A DNA stretch of 64,000 nt, from NCBI GenBank assembly GCA_044229975.1, contig JBGARZ010000001.1, positions 960,001 to 1,024,000 on the forward strand, in the 5' to 3' direction. Both the position numbers and the translations under genes were made by a program. Every line of letters begins with the position of its first letter. Position 1 is the stretch's first letter. Source of the DNA: Polyangiales bacterium. Its GTDB lineage: Bacteria > Myxococcota_A > Polyangia > Polyangiales > Ga0077539. The notes beneath the pieces were generated by a model that had not been told where the DNA came from, searched no databases, and saw only the letters and a list, made by a program, of their open reading frames with translations. This document shows positions 18,925 to 30,544 of the stretch, one piece after another.

Positions 18925-21135
18925 GTGATCCCTGTCGGCGAGAAGCTTGGTGGTCGGTACTTCGTCCTTCAACCCATCGACCCTACGGCGTTGGGCACCC
19001 TCCACGAGGTGCGTGACGCCCAAGGGACGGTCTCCTACGCGCAGGTGCTGCACCCGGCGGTGATCCCGCTGCCGGTGTTCGAGGCCCTGCGCAGCGAGCT
19101 CGGGGCCATCCCCGCGAGCCGGGTGTACCGCCGCCCCGACGAGGTGCTGCGCAGCACCGAAGGCATCCCCGTGGTGATCTTCCGCCAGGCCCCGCCGCCA
19201 GGGCTGGGTGAGCGCCTCGCGGGGCTCTTCACGGGCGACATCGACGAGCGCCGACGGGCCGCGCTGCGGGCGCTCGTGGGCTGGTTCGCGCCGCTGGCCG
19301 AGGAGCTCAACAACCTCCACGCCGTCGGCATCGTGCACGGCGCCATCACCCTGGAGCGCCTGCACATCCTCGAAGACCGCGGCTCCGAGCGCCTCGCGGT
19401 GTCGGGCTTCGGCGTCGAGCCGGTCACGCGCCTCCTCGCCGCCAGGCCGCGCCCCGCGCCCCGCGCCGACTTCGCCGCGCTCGCGCTCGCGCTCCAGGCC
19501 GCGATGGAGCGCACCGGCGCGCGCCCCGATGGCCCGGCGGTGGTGCGCTGGGAGATGATCCGCAACTGCGCGCGCGCGGGTGATCACCCCGCGCTCCAGT
19601 CGGGCCTCGCGCTCGCCAACGCCATCCGCCACCTCATCGACGAGCCCGCGCGGCGCATCTCCAGCGGGCACCTCACGGCCGTCGGCGGAACCACCTCGGC
19701 GGCGCCGAGCCGTGGGCCGCAGACCAACCCGCCGGGCACCGCCCCGACCGACGCGGGCCCCAACGTCCCGAGCCTGCCGTCGGGCCGCATGGTGTCGCCG
19801 TTTACGGCGCCCCCGGAGGTTCGCACCGAGCACAACACCCGGCGGCGCCGCTTCGTCATCGCGGCGGCGGTCGCGGGCGCGATGCTGCTCACGGCCGCGG
19901 TGGTGACGCTCGCCAACAACAACGCCCACATCGACTCGTTGATCCCCGGGCGGGTGGTGGTCTCGGTGCCCACGCGCTGCGGCGACGAGCCGCTCGCACC
20001 GCCGCGCTCCTTCGCGGTGGCGTCGGCCCCGCGGGAGCTCTCGGCGCTCTGCGTGGGCGACACCCAGCAGGTGGTGGTGCTCTCGCAGCTCGACGACACG
20101 CTCACCATCGACCGTCGCCGGAGCGCGCGCGGGTCGCGCTTCGAGACCGCGAGCGCCGTCATCGCCGAGGGGGTCTTGCAGAGCGGCACCGCGCTCTCGG
20201 GCCCGACCTCCTGGGCCACCTGGATCGCTCGCGAGGGAGCGGTCTTCGGCCTCGCGCGCATCGACCGCGACGTGCGGCGCATCCCGATGCATACGCCCGG
20301 GCTGACGGCGGCGATGTTCCAGGGCGCGCTGCTGTTGCGCGCCGACACCACCGGCGCGTGGATCGGCACCACCTTCGTCGACGGCGGCCGCGAGCGCGCC
20401 GCCATCGTGGAGTTTCCCGCGCGCACCAACGATGAGCCCCGCGAGGCGACGGTGTACCTCGTCGCCGACGGTGCCGTCGCGGCGGCGGTTCCTGGCGACC
20501 CGGCGACTCTGCTGCTCCGCTCGCGCGACGCGACGGGCACGAGCTTCGCGGTGGCGTCGCTGCCGCTCAACACCCTGGCGGGTCTCTCCACCGCGGTCGC
20601 GGGGGGCGACGCGGGCACTCCCAACGCGGGCGCCGAGGTGGCGCCGCTGCGGGAGCTCCAGGCACAGCTCCTCCAGCGTTCGGCGGCGTGGCGGGCTCCG
20701 GCCGGGGTCGTCAGCTTTGCGCCATTGGGCGTGGGCAACGCCGGCTCGTCGCGGCGCTTCCTCGCGACGGTGGTCGCGGGCTCCGACGCGGGTTGCACGG
20801 GCACGCGCTGCGAGGGCAGCGGGTCGGTGGTGGTGGTGGAGTTTCCCCCGCGCGGCGACGTGATGACGCGCGAGATCGAGCGACAGGGCCGCGGGATGAT
20901 GATCGCGGGCGGCGTCAACGGCGCGGTGCTCGCGGCGGTGACGAGGGCGCGCGACGGCGAGCTGATCCCGCTGCTCATCGATGGCGGGAGCGAGGCGCGC
21001 GGCGGCCACTGGGTGCTGGGCGGGCTCGACCGCGTGGCGGTGGTGACCTGCGGCGACGAGCCGTGGCTGGCCTTCTCGCAGGGCTCGCCGCAGCTCCGGG
21101 CGGGGCTCGTCCCGCTGGCCTGCGCGCTGCGCTAG
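18925..21135 (+). CDS. Receptor-like Ser/Thr pseudokinase B, paralogue of the upstream gene
   Basis: VGEKLGGRYFVL; SYAQ; LHAVGIVHGAITLERL; VSGFG; HPALQSG shared with paralogue A; TM FVIAAAVAGAMLLTAAVVTL; same Cys pattern. Confidence 0.78.
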   Translation: MIPVGEKLGGRYFVLQPIDPTALGTLHEVRDAQGTVSYAQVLHPAVIPLPVFEALRSELGAIPASRVYRRPDEVLRSTEGIPVVIFRQAPPPGLGERLAGLFTGDIDERRRAALRALVGWFAPLAEELNNLHAVGIVHGAITLERLHILEDRGSERLAVSGFGVEPVTRLLAARPRPAPRADFAALALALQAAMERTGARPDGPAVVRWEMIRNCARAGDHPALQSGLALANAIRHLIDEPARRISSGHLTAVGGTTSAAPSRGPQTNPPGTAPTDAGPNVPSLPSGRMVSPFTAPPEVRTEHNTRRRRFVIAAAVAGAMLLTAAVVTLANNNAHIDSLIPGRVVVSVPTRCGDEPLAPPRSFAVASAPRELSALCVGDTQQVVVLSQLDDTLTIDRRRSARGSRFETASAVIAEGVLQSGTALSGPTSWATWIAREGAVFGLARIDRDVRRIPMHTPGLTAAMFQGALLLRADTTGAWIGTTFVDGGRERAAIVEFPARTNDEPREATVYLVADGAVAAAVPGDPATLLLRSRDATGTSFAVASLPLNTLAGLSTAVAGGDAGTPNAGAEVAPLRELQAQLLQRSAAWRAPAGVVSFAPLGVGNAGSSRRFLATVVAGSDAGCTGTRCEGSGSVVVVEFPPRGDVMTREIERQGRGMMIAGGVNGAVLAAVTRARDGELIPLLIDGGSEARGGHWVLGGLDRVAVVTCGDEPWLAFSQGSPQLRAGLVPLACALR

Positions 21136-21698
21136 GCGCGGCGTCCGAACTCGTCGAGAAACACGCCCACCGTGGGCGCGTCGATGTTGGTGAACCGCAG
21201 CTCGCGCAGGACGCTCTGCGGGCGCGCCGCAAACCACGCCTCGACGCGGTCGAACAAGATCTCCGCGCAGCGCTCCTTGGGAAACCCGAAGATCCCGGAG
21301 CTGATGGCGGGCATCGCGACGGTGGCGCAGCCCTCGCGCTCGGCGAGGTCGAGGGTGTTGGTCACCGCAGACGCGAGCTCGGCCTCCTCGTTGCGACCGC
21401 CGCCATGCCAGACGGGCCCGACGGCGTGGATGACCCGCTTCGCCGGGAGCATGTAGCCCTCCGTGAGCGCCACGCCCCCGTTGGGAATCTCCCCGTAGCG
21501 CTCGACCCAGGCGTCGCTCTCCAGTTGGAGGTCGAAGCCCGCGCGACGGAGGATGGCTCCGGCTACGCCGCCGCCGTGGGCGAGCCAGCCGTTGGCGGGG
21601 TTGACGATGGCGTCGACGTCCTCGCGCGTGATGTCGCCGTGCACGACGACGAGGCGCTGTCCGGACGGGAGAGCGCGGGTGGCCTTGATGTCGTTCAT
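21132..21698 (-). CDS. Macro domain protein (YmdB/MacroD-like ADP-ribose hydrolase)
   Basis: GDIT, DAIVNPAN, HGGGVAGAI, VIHAVGPVW, PAISSGIFGFP. Start set at MNDIKA (21698). Confidence 0.93.
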   Translation of the reverse strand: MNDIKATRALPSGQRLVVVHGDITREDVDAIVNPANGWLAHGGGVAGAILRRAGFDLQLESDAWVERYGEIPNGGVALTEGYMLPAKRVIHAVGPVWHGGGRNEEAELASAVTNTLDLAEREGCATVAMPAISSGIFGFPKERCAEILFDRVEAWFAARPQSVLRELRFTNIDAPTVGVFLDEFGRRA

Positions 21699-21792
21699 CG
21701 GCGTGGGGAGACAGTGTAGAAAGGGTCGCGCGCCGAAGTCCAAGACGCGACCGAAGGGCGACCCCAGCCGCCGCCCTCCGGAGGAGCCAACG

Positions 21793-22341
21793 ATGTCCGA
21801 CGCGGTACGCCACGCCCACGCCGACCTCCTCCAGCGCTACCTCGCCGCGGTCCGCACCGTGAGCGGCGAGCTGCCCATGACCGAGCACGACCCCGCGCAC
21901 CCGTCGCCCTGCGAGGTGACCCCGCCCGACGCGGACGGCAACGTGCTCTGGCAGCCGCTCGCGCGCGTCCCCGCGTCGGACCTCGCGACCCTCCAGCGCG
22001 ACGCCGACGTCACCCTCTCGGACGACCTTCGCGCCTGGCTCGGCGCGTGGTGGTGCCTCCCCTTCGAGGCCTCCCTCGGGAGCGAGTCCATCATCCTGTT
22101 GGGCCTCGGTGGACCCGCCGACGAAGCGGCCTTCGGTGCACAGCTCGCCGCTCACCTCAGCGCGCGACGAGCGCGGTCGGAGCCCGACACCGTCCCCATC
22201 GGAGCGCTCGGTGATGGGCGCTTCCTCACCGTCGATAACGTCAGCGGTCGGGTGCTGTTGGAGTCTCCCGCGAAGACCCTCGGCGTCGTCGCTCCGTCCC
22301 TTGCCGCGCTGCTCTCGCGGCTCATCCCGCTGGCGCTGTGA
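21793..22341 (+). CDS. Syd-like (SecY-interacting, SUKH-fold) protein
   Basis: GGAGGAG RBS; SPC...GNVLWQP, TVPIG, TVDNVSGRVLLE and VAPSLAALLSRLIP match the Syd family pattern. Confidence 0.72.
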   Translation: MSDAVRHAHADLLQRYLAAVRTVSGELPMTEHDPAHPSPCEVTPPDADGNVLWQPLARVPASDLATLQRDADVTLSDDLRAWLGAWWCLPFEASLGSESIILLGLGGPADEAAFGAQLAAHLSARRARSEPDTVPIGALGDGRFLTVDNVSGRVLLESPAKTLGVVAPSLAALLSRLIPLAL

Positions 22342-22344
22342 CCG

Positions 22345-22986
22345 CTACGGCGCGAGGCGCGCGATCACCCAGCCGTCGCCCGACCGTCGGTAGCGCAGCC
22401 GGTCATGCAGGCGACTCCGACGCCCCTGCCAGAACTCCACCATCGACGGCACCACCCGATAGCCGCCCCAGTGCGCGGGGCGCTCCACCGTCGTCCCTTC
22501 GTAGCGTGCCTCCGCTTCGGCGAAGGAGCGTTCGAGCGCCGCGCGGTTGGCCACCACGGCGCTCTGCGGCGAGGCCACGGCGCCGAGCTGGCTCGCCCTC
22601 GGCCGCACCGCGAAGTACGCGTCGGACTCCGCGGCCGTGACGCGCTCGACGACGCCCTCCACGCGCACCGATCGCTCCAGCGGCAGCCACACGAACACCA
22701 GCGCGGCGGCGGGTCGCGCCGCGAGCTCGCGGCCCTTGTCGCTGTCGTAGTTGGTGAAGAACACGAAGCCCGCCGCGTCGAGGTCTTTGAGCAGGACGAT
22801 GCGGGCGTGGGGCGAGCCGTCGGCGTCGACGGTCGCGAGGGTCATCGCGTTGGGTTCGTCGACCTCCGCCGCCCGCGCCTCGGCAAACCACCGCCTGAAC
22901 TGCTCCCACGGCTCGCCCGCCACCGCCGACTCGTCGAGCGACCCGGCCCGGTAGTCCCTGCGCAACCTCGCCAGATCGTCGTCCAT
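22345..22986 (-). CDS. pdxH: Pyridoxine/pyridoxamine 5'-phosphate oxidase
   Basis: [64 protein letters not shown]. Confidence 0.97.
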   Translation of the reverse strand: MDDDLARLRRDYRAGSLDESAVAGEPWEQFRRWFAEARAAEVDEPNAMTLATVDADGSPHARIVLLKDLDAAGFVFFTNYDSDKGRELAARPAAALVFVWLPLERSVRVEGVVERVTAAESDAYFAVRPRASQLGAVASPQSAVVANRAALERSFAEAEARYEGTTVERPAHWGGYRVVPSMVEFWQGRRSRLHDRLRYRRSGDGWVIARLAP

Positions 22987-23093
22987 CGCACGCCGTCGTA
23001 GCGCCGCGGCCGCGCCCTGTGAAGCATCATCGGCAGTGCTTGCATTGCCCCCCGAATACGGCGAGAAACCGCTGCACACCCGCGAGGAACCTC

Positions 23094-24134
23094 ATGCGCC
23101 GCGCTCTTCCCTTCGCCTTCGCCTCCGTCTTCCTGGCCGCCTGCTCCGACGACGTCGTCAATCAGCCCACCGACGCGGGCAACGGCACCGACCTCGGCGT
23201 CGTCCCCGACGTGCAACCCGGCGCCGACGTGCAGCCCGGCGCCGACGTGCAGCCCGGCGCCGACGTGCAGCCCGGCACCGACGTCCCCGCCGCTGCGGAC
23301 GTGCCCACGGCGGGCGACGGCGGCACGGCGCCCACCTGCGGCTCGGGTCGACCCACGATCACCTCGGTGCGCGGCAGCGAAGGGCTCGTCATCGCCGTTG
23401 ATGGGACGATCTACTACTCACAGTCGCGCGCCGTGGGCCGCATCCGCCCCGGGATGGCGCCCGAGTCCACCTGGGCCTCCCTCCCCACGGCGGCGTCCAC
23501 GGTGTGGGGCCTCGCCCTCGACGTCGCCAACCAGCGCCTCTACGTCGGCTCTCCCTCGGCCGGCACCATCTATGCGGTCGACCTCACCGCCGAGGCCCCG
23601 ATGGGCACCGCGTACCTGCCGGGCGCGGGCTCGCCCAACGGCCTCACCATGGGCCCCGACGGCGCGCTGTACTACAGCAACTTCTCCGCGTCGGGGCACG
23701 TGTACCGGGTGGTCGACGGGATGCGCACGCAGGTCACCACGGCGACCATCCGCCAACCCAACGGCGTCGCCTTCCACCGCGACGGGTCTCTCTACGTCGA
23801 CAGCTACGGCGCCGGGTCGCTCATCAAGCTGACGCTCGCCGACAACCGTGAGACGGCGCGCGAGACCGTCGCGACCGACCTGGGCAACCCCGACGGACTC
23901 GCCTTCGACGCGACGGGCCGCATCTACATCGGCGACAACTCGGGCGGGCGGCTCATCCGCCTCGACGCCGACGGCACCAACCCCGAGGTGCTGCGCACGG
24001 GCATCTCCGCGGCCGCCAACATCGAGTTCGGCGTCGGCGCCCTGCGCTGCACGGACATCTACGTCGCGTCGGGCGGCGCGCTCGTACGCTACGAGATGGG
24101 CGACACCAACGGCGCCGCCGTCCCCTGGCACTGA
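23094..24134 (+). CDS. SMP-30/gluconolactonase-like beta-propeller lipoprotein
   Basis: Lipobox LAAC; repeated EGL/NGL/DGL..D..G.LY blades; DVQPGA repeat linker. Confidence 0.82.
   Translation: MRRALPFAFASVFLAACSDDVVNQPTDAGNGTDLGVVPDVQPGADVQPGADVQPGADVQPGTDVPAAADVPTAGDGGTAPTCGSGRPTITSVRGSEGLVIAVDGTIYYSQSRAVGRIRPGMAPESTWASLPTAASTVWGLALDVANQRLYVGSPSAGTIYAVDLTAEAPMGTAYLPGAGSPNGLTMGPDGALYYSNFSASGHVYRVVDGMRTQVTTATIRQPNGVAFHRDGSLYVDSYGAGSLIKLTLADNRETARETVATDLGNPDGLAFDATGRIYIGDNSGGRLIRLDADGTNPEVLRTGISAAANIEFGVGALRCTDIYVASGGALVRYEMGDTNGAAVPWH
23208..23279 (+). repeat. 18-bp coding tandem repeat x4 (DVQPGA)
   Basis: GACGTGCA(A/G)CCCGGC(G/A)CC repeated four times in frame. Confidence 0.9.
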
Positions 24135-24167
24135 CCGACACCCCTCTCACCGGGAGCTACGACCAGC

Positions 24168-24614
24168 ATGGCCGACCTCAAGAGCATCCTCACTGATCCC
24201 ACGCGCCGACAGCTTGTCGTGAAGGACGCCGAGCGTCTCCTCGACGACGAGGTGTCCGCCAAGTCGGGCCTGTCGGGCCTCGCCATCAAGGCCGCCGTGA
24301 AGGTGGTCAAGGGCGTCAAGCCGGGCATCATCCCCGACGTCATCGACGGCCTGCTCGACGACTTCGCCGGGCGCCTCGACCCCTTCTACCAGGCGCATGT
24401 CGCCAAGGGCGGGTCGATCGTCGACAACTTCACCGCGCGGAAGGGTGAGATCGCCGACGCGCTCCTCGGCATCACCGACGACCGCGCCAAGAACACCCGC
24501 CACAACGCCCTGCGCAGCGCCTACCAGCAGCTCCGCCCGCAGGGGAAGAAGAACGTCGAAGAAGCCGTCCCCGGCGTCGCCCGCCTCATCGACAAGCACG
24601 CCCGCACCCTCTAG
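24168..24614 (+). CDS. Conserved hypothetical helical protein (DUF6918-like)
   Basis: GGGAG RBS; LLDDEVSAKSGLSGLAIK...KPGII...LDPFY...ADALLGITD pattern. The family name is recalled, not verified. Confidence 0.75.
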   Translation: MADLKSILTDPTRRQLVVKDAERLLDDEVSAKSGLSGLAIKAAVKVVKGVKPGIIPDVIDGLLDDFAGRLDPFYQAHVAKGGSIVDNFTARKGEIADALLGITDDRAKNTRHNALRSAYQQLRPQGKKNVEEAVPGVARLIDKHARTL

Positions 24615-24628
24615 ATCCACGCGAGCCC

Positions 24629-25471
<843 letters not shown>

Positions 25472-25554
25472 GACGCCTCTTTACAGCCCGCGACGCGGCG
25501 CATACACCCGCGGCGCGCGCGCTCACGGTCGTGAGGCGCCGCAGGAGATCAGCG

Positions 25555-26319
25555 ATGGAACTCAGCACGTTCAAGATCATCGTCACGGGCGGCGCGCAGG
25601 GCATGGGCGCGCACTTCGCGAAGCGGCTCGTCGAGGCGGGGGCGCAGGTCGCCGTGGGCGACGTGAAGGAAGAGGGCCTCGCCGCCCTCGCGGCCGAGGT
25701 GAAGGGCCCGGGCAAGCTGTTCACGCGCAAGCTGAACGTGGCCGACGAGGCCGAGGTGGTGGACTTCGTGACGTGGGCGCACGCTTCGATGGGCGGCCTC
25801 AACGGGCTCATCAACAACGCCGGCATCCTGCGCGACGGCCTCCTCGTGAAGCAGGACCGCACCACCGGCGCCATCACCAAGATGTCCCGCGAGCAGTGGA
25901 ACGCCGTCATCGACGTGAACCTCACCGGCGCGACGATGATCGCCCGCGAGGTCATCGCGAAGATGATGGAGACCGGCACTCGCCCCGGCGTCATCGTCAA
26001 CATGTCGAGCATCGCGCGCTACGGCAACCGCGGTCAGTCCAACTACTCCGCCGCGAAGGCGGCGCTCGCGGCCAACACGCTGACGTGGGCGCGCGAGTTC
26101 GGGGCGTACGGCATCCGCGTGGGCGCCATCGCCCCGGGGATGATCGAGACCCCGATGACCCAGGGCATGAACCAGAAGGCCCGCGACGCGCTGGTCGAGA
26201 AGGTTCCTGCGGGGCGCGTGGGCGTGCCCGAGGACATCTGGCTGGGCGTGCGCTTCGTGCTGGAGTGCGACTACTTCACCGGGCGCACCATCGACGTCGA
26301 CGGCGGCCTCTCGATGTAA
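25555..26319 (+). CDS. Short-chain dehydrogenase/reductase (FabG-like)
   Basis: AGGAG RBS; TGGAQGMG, NNAGILRD, NMSS, YSAAK, APGMIETPM. Confidence 0.93.
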   Translation: MELSTFKIIVTGGAQGMGAHFAKRLVEAGAQVAVGDVKEEGLAALAAEVKGPGKLFTRKLNVADEAEVVDFVTWAHASMGGLNGLINNAGILRDGLLVKQDRTTGAITKMSREQWNAVIDVNLTGATMIAREVIAKMMETGTRPGVIVNMSSIARYGNRGQSNYSAAKAALAANTLTWAREFGAYGIRVGAIAPGMIETPMTQGMNQKARDALVEKVPAGRVGVPEDIWLGVRFVLECDYFTGRTIDVDGGLSM

Positions 26320-26326
26320 TGGCCTC

Positions 26327-27643
26327 TCAGCGCCGCGGCCTCCTCAGCGAGATGACGTTCTGGCTGAGGAGGTTGTAGAGCGTCCGCAGCACTTCGAGCT
26401 GCGCCATGGTCGACACGTCGATGATCTCGTCGATGCTCGACGTCCCATCCACCAGAGACAGAACGAAGCCCGCGCGGTGGTCGAGCGCCAGCCAGCGCAG
26501 CTCGGCGTGCGGGATCATCATCACCGGCACCTGATCGAGCGACCCGAGGCGCCCGGTGTAGATCGCCCGCAGCTTGGTGCGCGACGTCTCGGCGATCTCG
26601 CGGGCCTCGCTGTCGATGCGGTCGGCTTCGAGGAGCGTCTCGGCCAGCGAGAGCGCGCCGGTGAAGTCGCCGAGCTCGAAGCGGTCGACCATCTCGCGCC
26701 GCGTCGACGGCGGCATCTGCGAGGGCCGCGGCTGGATGGCGTCGATGCGCGGCGGCAGCGGCGAGCGCTGGGCCTCCGGGGGAATGTCGCGGTTGACCAC
26801 CGGGGTCGGCTGGGCGCGCGGCGGACGGCTCACCGTCGACACCGGAATCGACTGCACCGGCGTGGGCTTCTCGGCGCGGGGCACCTCGCGCAGCGCGGGT
26901 CGCTCGGCGCGAGGACCACCCACCGCCCGCGGCGCCGAGACGTCCTGAAACTCCAGGTCGTCCACGTCGGCGGGTTCGAGCACCGAGGCGCGCGGCACGT
27001 GGGGCGGCGGCATCGACGAGGCCGCGGGCTTGTTGTGCAGCGGCCCCGGGACGGCGAAGCCCTGCGGCACCGCGCGGGGCACGGCAGCGCGGGGGATGGG
27101 CGTACGCCCGCGCAGCGGCGAGACCGACGCGGGCTTGTGCGACAGCGCCTCGGCCGGAACCGGCGGCGGCGTGCGCGGTACCGGAGGCAGCGGGGTCGGC
27201 GGCGGAGCCGTGGGCGGCGGCGCCGTGGGCGGCGGGGCCGTGGGCGGCGTCAGGAGGTTGTCAGGCGCCTCCGGGGTGGCGCCGAACATCATGGTGCCCT
27301 GGAAGCGCCGCGGGCTCCCTTCGACGCCCGGGAGGTTGGAGATGCTGGCCGTCGCCGCAGGGATGGCGAGCGGCAGCGGAGGCGGGCGGCCGAAGTCGGT
27401 GAACTCCTCCTCGGCATGCGCTTCGGGCGGCGGCTGGGCGGCCACCACCGGGGTCTCCATGTCCCAGTCCCAGGAGTCCGAGGCGCGCTGCTCGGCGACG
27501 GGCACCGGCGTGATTCTCCGAGACACCTCCGTGGCCGGACCGGGCGGCTTCGGCGGCAACGCCGACGCCTCCTCATCGAGGAGGTCGAACCAGTCGTCGA
27601 TCTCCGATCCGGTCGGTGTCTTGCGGCCCTCGCGGGTTGCCAT
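26327..27643 (-). CDS. Pro-rich hypothetical protein with C-terminal helical plus winged-helix-like domain
   Basis: Long low-complexity Pro-rich region with PPTAP repeats; globular C-terminus FELGDFTGALSLAE...LDHRAGFVLSLVDG...IDEIIDVS. Directly downstream of dnaK. Confidence 0.75.
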   Translation of the reverse strand: MATREGRKTPTGSEIDDWFDLLDEEASALPPKPPGPATEVSRRITPVPVAEQRASDSWDWDMETPVVAAQPPPEAHAEEEFTDFGRPPPLPLAIPAATASISNLPGVEGSPRRFQGTMMFGATPEAPDNLLTPPTAPPPTAPPPTAPPPTPLPPVPRTPPPVPAEALSHKPASVSPLRGRTPIPRAAVPRAVPQGFAVPGPLHNKPAASSMPPPHVPRASVLEPADVDDLEFQDVSAPRAVGGPRAERPALREVPRAEKPTPVQSIPVSTVSRPPRAQPTPVVNRDIPPEAQRSPLPPRIDAIQPRPSQMPPSTRREMVDRFELGDFTGALSLAETLLEADRIDSEAREIAETSRTKLRAIYTGRLGSLDQVPVMMIPHAELRWLALDHRAGFVLSLVDGTSSIDEIIDVSTMAQLEVLRTLYNLLSQNVISLRRPRR

Positions 27644-27679
27644 CTAGCGCTGTTCCTCGTCCCCCTCCACTTACGCCGT

Positions 27680-29515
27680 TCAGGCCTTGGCGACCACTCC
27701 CTTGAACATCCGGAACGTGCGCGAGAGCGCCTCGACCTGCTCCTTCAGCGCCGTCGCATCGCGCCGGTCGATCGCCACCTTGGTGCGCTCGATGACCCCC
27801 TGGGCCTTGTCGAGGGCGTCGCGCCCATAGTCGCTGCCGCCGACCACCTTCGAGACCTTGTCGAAGAGCCGCTCGATCTCGTGCATCAGCCCCTCGGCCT
27901 CCTGCTTGCGGGCCTCGTACTCCTCGTCGCGCTTGCGCTCGACCGCGAACTCCTTGCCCGCGTCGATCATCGCCTCGATCTCCTCGCGGGTGAGCCCCGA
28001 GGTGGCCGTCACGGTGATCGACTGCTCCTTGCCCGTCTCGAGGTCCTTCGCGTGGACGCTGACGATGCCGTCGGCGTTGATCTCGAAGGTCACCTCGATC
28101 TCCACGACACCAGCCGGTGCGCGCCGCAGACCCGTCAGGATGAACTCCCCGAGGAGCTCGTTTTGATCGGCCTGGTCGCTCTCGCCCTGCATGACGAGGA
28201 TCTTCACCGCGGTCTGGTTGTCCCGCGACGTGGTGAAGGTCTTGCCGCGCGCCGTCGGGACCGTGGTGTCCTTCGGGATGAGCGGCTCCATGAGCCCGCC
28301 CGCCACCATCATGCCGAGGGTCTGCGGCGTCACGTCGAGCAGCACGACCTTGTTCATGTTGGGCGAGTCGTCTTCGAGCAGCGCCGACCCCTGGATCGAC
28401 GCCCCGATGGCCACCACCTCGTCGGGATGAACGCCCTTGCTCGGCTCGCGCCCGAGGAAGTCCGCCACGCTGCGCTCGACCAGCGGCATGCGGGTCATGC
28501 CGCCCACCAGGATCACGTCCTCCACGTCTTCGCGGCGCAGGCCCGCGTCGTCGAGGGTCTGCTTCATGATGTCGACGGTCTTCTGCACGAGGTCGCCCGT
28601 GAGCGCCTCGAAGTCGGCGCGCGAGAGCACCCGCTGGAGGTGCAGCGCCTCGTTGCGCCCCGACGAGATGATGAACGGGAGGTTGATCTCCACCTCGCGC
28701 ACCGATGACAGCTCGACCTTCGCCTTCTCCGCCGCGTCCTTCAGGCGCTGAAGGGCCATGCGGTCCTTGCGGAGGTCGATGCCGTGCTCTTCCTTGAAGC
28801 CGTCGACCAGCCAGTCGATGACCCGCGCGTCGAAGTCCTCGCCGCCGAGGAAGGTGTCACCCGCCGTCGAGATGACCTTGAACACACCCGTCGAGCCGAT
28901 CTCCAGGATGGAGACGTCGAAGGTTCCGCCGCCGAGGTCGTACACGGCCACGGTGCGGTCGATGTTGCGCCCGAAGCCGTAGGCCAGCGCCGCCGCCGTC
29001 GGCTCGTTGATGATGCGGATGACTTCGAGGCCCGCGATGGCCCCGGCGTCCTTGGTCGCCTGCCGCTGGTTGTCGTTGAAATACGCGGGCACCGTCACCA
29101 CGGCCTTCACGACCTCGTGCCCCAGGTACTCCTCGGCGATGAGCTTCATCTCCGCGAGCACCATCGCCGACACCTCGGGCACCGAGTGGGCCTTGTCGCG
29201 CAGCGAGATGCGGACGTCCCCGTGCGGGCCCTCGACGATGTTGTACGAGGCCGTCTGCGCGACCTGCTTCACCTGCGGGCTGTTCCACTTGCGGCCGATG
29301 AGCCGCTTGGCGGAGTAGACCGTGTTCTCCGCGTTGGTGATGGCCTGCCGCTTGGCGAGGTGCCCCACGAGGCGCTTGCCCGCCTCGGTCATCGCCACCA
29401 TCGACGGCGTGGTCTTGTACCCGCCACGGTTGGCGATCACCACCGCCGTCCCATTTTCAACCACGGCGACGCATGAGTTCGTCGTCCCAAGATCGATCCC
29501 GATGACCTTTTCCAT
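27680..29515 (-). CDS. dnaK: Hsp70 molecular chaperone DnaK (paralogue lacking the acidic C-terminal tail)
   Basis: [53 protein letters not shown]. Confidence 0.96.
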   Translation of the reverse strand: MEKVIGIDLGTTNSCVAVVENGTAVVIANRGGYKTTPSMVAMTEAGKRLVGHLAKRQAITNAENTVYSAKRLIGRKWNSPQVKQVAQTASYNIVEGPHGDVRISLRDKAHSVPEVSAMVLAEMKLIAEEYLGHEVVKAVVTVPAYFNDNQRQATKDAGAIAGLEVIRIINEPTAAALAYGFGRNIDRTVAVYDLGGGTFDVSILEIGSTGVFKVISTAGDTFLGGEDFDARVIDWLVDGFKEEHGIDLRKDRMALQRLKDAAEKAKVELSSVREVEINLPFIISSGRNEALHLQRVLSRADFEALTGDLVQKTVDIMKQTLDDAGLRREDVEDVILVGGMTRMPLVERSVADFLGREPSKGVHPDEVVAIGASIQGSALLEDDSPNMNKVVLLDVTPQTLGMMVAGGLMEPLIPKDTTVPTARGKTFTTSRDNQTAVKILVMQGESDQADQNELLGEFILTGLRRAPAGVVEIEVTFEINADGIVSVHAKDLETGKEQSITVTATSGLTREEIEAMIDAGKEFAVERKRDEEYEARKQEAEGLMHEIERLFDKVSKVVGGSDYGRDALDKAQGVIERTKVAIDRRDATALKEQVEALSRTFRMFKGVVAKA

Positions 29516-29641
29516 CCGAGAACCCGCTCGCTGTTATGACGACCCGTCGTCGCCTCTACGGTCGTCCAGTCCGCACCGCTTGGCAACGGGCTTGTGCCCC
29601 GCCCGGGACGATTCCCCCGGGCGCTCATGTGGCACCTGCGC

Positions 29642-30540
<899 letters not shown>

Positions 30541-30544
<4 letters not shown>

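Noticed and set aside
16654..21135. Calling the degenerate kinases pseudogenes
   Set aside because: Both ORFs are full-length with no frameshifts and share the same substitutions and Cys pattern, which indicates selection.
27207..27249. 15-bp repeat x3 (PPTAP)
   Set aside because: This is ordinary low-complexity coding sequence in a Pro-rich linker.
29581..29597. TGGCAACGGGCTTGT, a sigma-54 promoter-like sequence
   Set aside because: The -12 element is imperfect, and it points antisense to the flanking minus-strand genes.
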